This document shows, piece after piece, positions 15,659 to 17,088 of a stretch of 17,088 nt of DNA (position 1 is the first letter of the stretch; each line of letters starts with the position of its first letter). The DNA comes from Elusimicrobiota bacterium (GTDB taxonomy: Bacteria; CG03; SLGR01; JBDRKX01). Both the position numbers and the translations under genes were made by a program. A model generated the notes under the pieces. The model saw nothing but the letters and a program-made list of their open reading frames with translations, was not told the DNA's origin and did not search any database. The DNA is taken from positions 1 to 17,088 of the forward strand of contig JBDRKX010000008.1 of the NCBI GenBank assembly GCA_043813605.1. Reading direction: 5' to 3'.

Positions 15659-17088
15659 ATGAAAGAAATAACTCTTGATTCTTTAAGGCATTCGACATCA
15701 CATGTAATGGCACAGGCTGTTTTACGTCTTTATCCCGGCACAAAATTTGCTATCGGTCCGTCTATAGAAGACGGATTTTACTACGATTTTGAGCTTCCGG
15801 AAAAATTATCAGAGGACAACCTGGATAAGATCTATGAGGAGATGCAGAAAATCTGTGCTGATGATCAGGAATTTGTAAGAGAAGACATAAAAAAAGAAAA
15901 AGCCAGAAAGCTGTTTAAAGACCAGCCCCTACAAACTCGAACTGATAGAAGATATACTTGATAAGACTGTATCAGTATACTCTAACGGCGATTTTGCTGA
16001 TCTTTGCAGAGGCCCCCATATAGACCGGACTTCTGAAATAAAGCATTTCAGGCTGACAAAAATCGCAGGCGCTTACTGGCGCGGTGACGAAAAGAATATA
16101 ATGCTTACCCGCATATACGGGACAGCTTTCACGGAGGCTGCTGAACTTGATGATTATCTTGAACGCCAGGAACTGGCAAAACAGAGAGATCACAGACGTC
16201 TCGGAAAAAAGTATGACCTGTTCAGTATACATCCACAGATTGCGGGACCCGGCCTTATCTTCTGGCATCCCAAGGGAGCTGCGATAAGAAGGGTTATCGA
16301 AGATTTCTGGTATGATGAACACCAGAAACACGGGTACCATTTTGTAAACATACCTCATGTGGCTATGGCTGATCTCTGGAAAATATCGGGTCATCTTGAT
16401 TTCTACAGTGATTACATGTACCCCTCAATGGAATTCAAAGAAGACAAGGCGGACTATTTTATCAAACCGATGAACTGTCCTGCCCATATACTTATTTACA
16501 AGAACTCCAGTCATTCATACAGGGAATTCCCTCTAAGATGGGCGGAACTGGGTACTGTATACAGGTATGAGAAAGCCGGCGTTCTTCACGGTCTTATGAG
16601 AGTGCGCGGTTTTACCCAGGACGATGCTCATATATTCTGCCGGCGGGATCAGCTGAATGAAGAGATAAAGAACACGATCAAGTTCGTACTGTTTATGCTG
16701 AAGACTTTCGGTTTTTCGGAATTCAAGGTTTTCCTGAGTACCAGACCCGATAAATATGTCGGAGCCATTGAACAATGGGATCTTGCTGAAAAAGCACTCA
16801 AAGAAGGACTCAAAGCCATTTCGCTCGCTTATGAGATCGACCCGGGAGAAGGAGTCTTTTACGGACCCAAAATAGACATAAAGATCATGGACTCACTTAA
16901 GCGTATGTGGCAATGTTCCACCATACAGGCTGATTTTAACATACCTGAAAAATTTGACCTGGATTATGTCAATGCTGAAGGGAAACGGGAACAGCCTGTT
17001 ATGATACACAGGGCTCTCTTAGGTTCACTGGAAAGGTTTTTCGGAGTGCTTATCGAGCATTATGGAGGAAGGTTTCCGCTCTGGCTTG
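15659..17088 (+). CDS. thrS: Threonine--tRNA ligase, 3'-truncated by the window, with an apparent +1 frameshift at the C4 run 15926-15929
   Basis: [12 protein letters not shown] and [12 protein letters not shown] in the first frame; from 15930 the next frame reads YKLELI...[73 protein letters not shown]. Confidence 0.96.

Noticed and set aside
15007..15678. ORFs 15007-15336 and 15469-15678, and the upstream extension of thrS from 15572
   Set aside because: They overlap tRNA genes and the direct repeat; spurious.
1340..16775. Remaining minus-strand and nested ORFs in the track
   Set aside because: All are shadows of well-supported + strand genes and show no recognisable motifs.

Overview
Chromosomal window from a diderm bacterium; all supported genes are on the + strand. 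In order: a 163-bp IS1595-derived MITE; a LexA-controlled mutagenesis cassette (lexA, an 85-aa DUF6504-like gene, and dinB with two apparent frameshifts) whose promoter is covered by a 24-bp palindrome, a candidate SOS box; a zinc-ribbon/Gly-rich membrane gene with an in-frame TGA; a membrane protein and an NCS2 purine permease; a tightly coupled run of FecR/beta-barrel protein, DUF3006, MltD-like transglycosylase and an AdnAB/AddAB-like helicase-nuclease pair in which both subunits keep the 4-Cys Fe-S motif; then secG, tRNA-Leu with the rare AAG anticodon, a 42-bp duplication of its 3' end around 97 bp of structured sequence, a small membrane ORF, tRNA-Cys, tRNA-Val and the 5' part of thrS. 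The frameshift in essential thrS suggests uncorrected indel errors in the assembly, so single-base anomalies need read-level confirmation. All family calls come from motif recognition by eye, not database searches.
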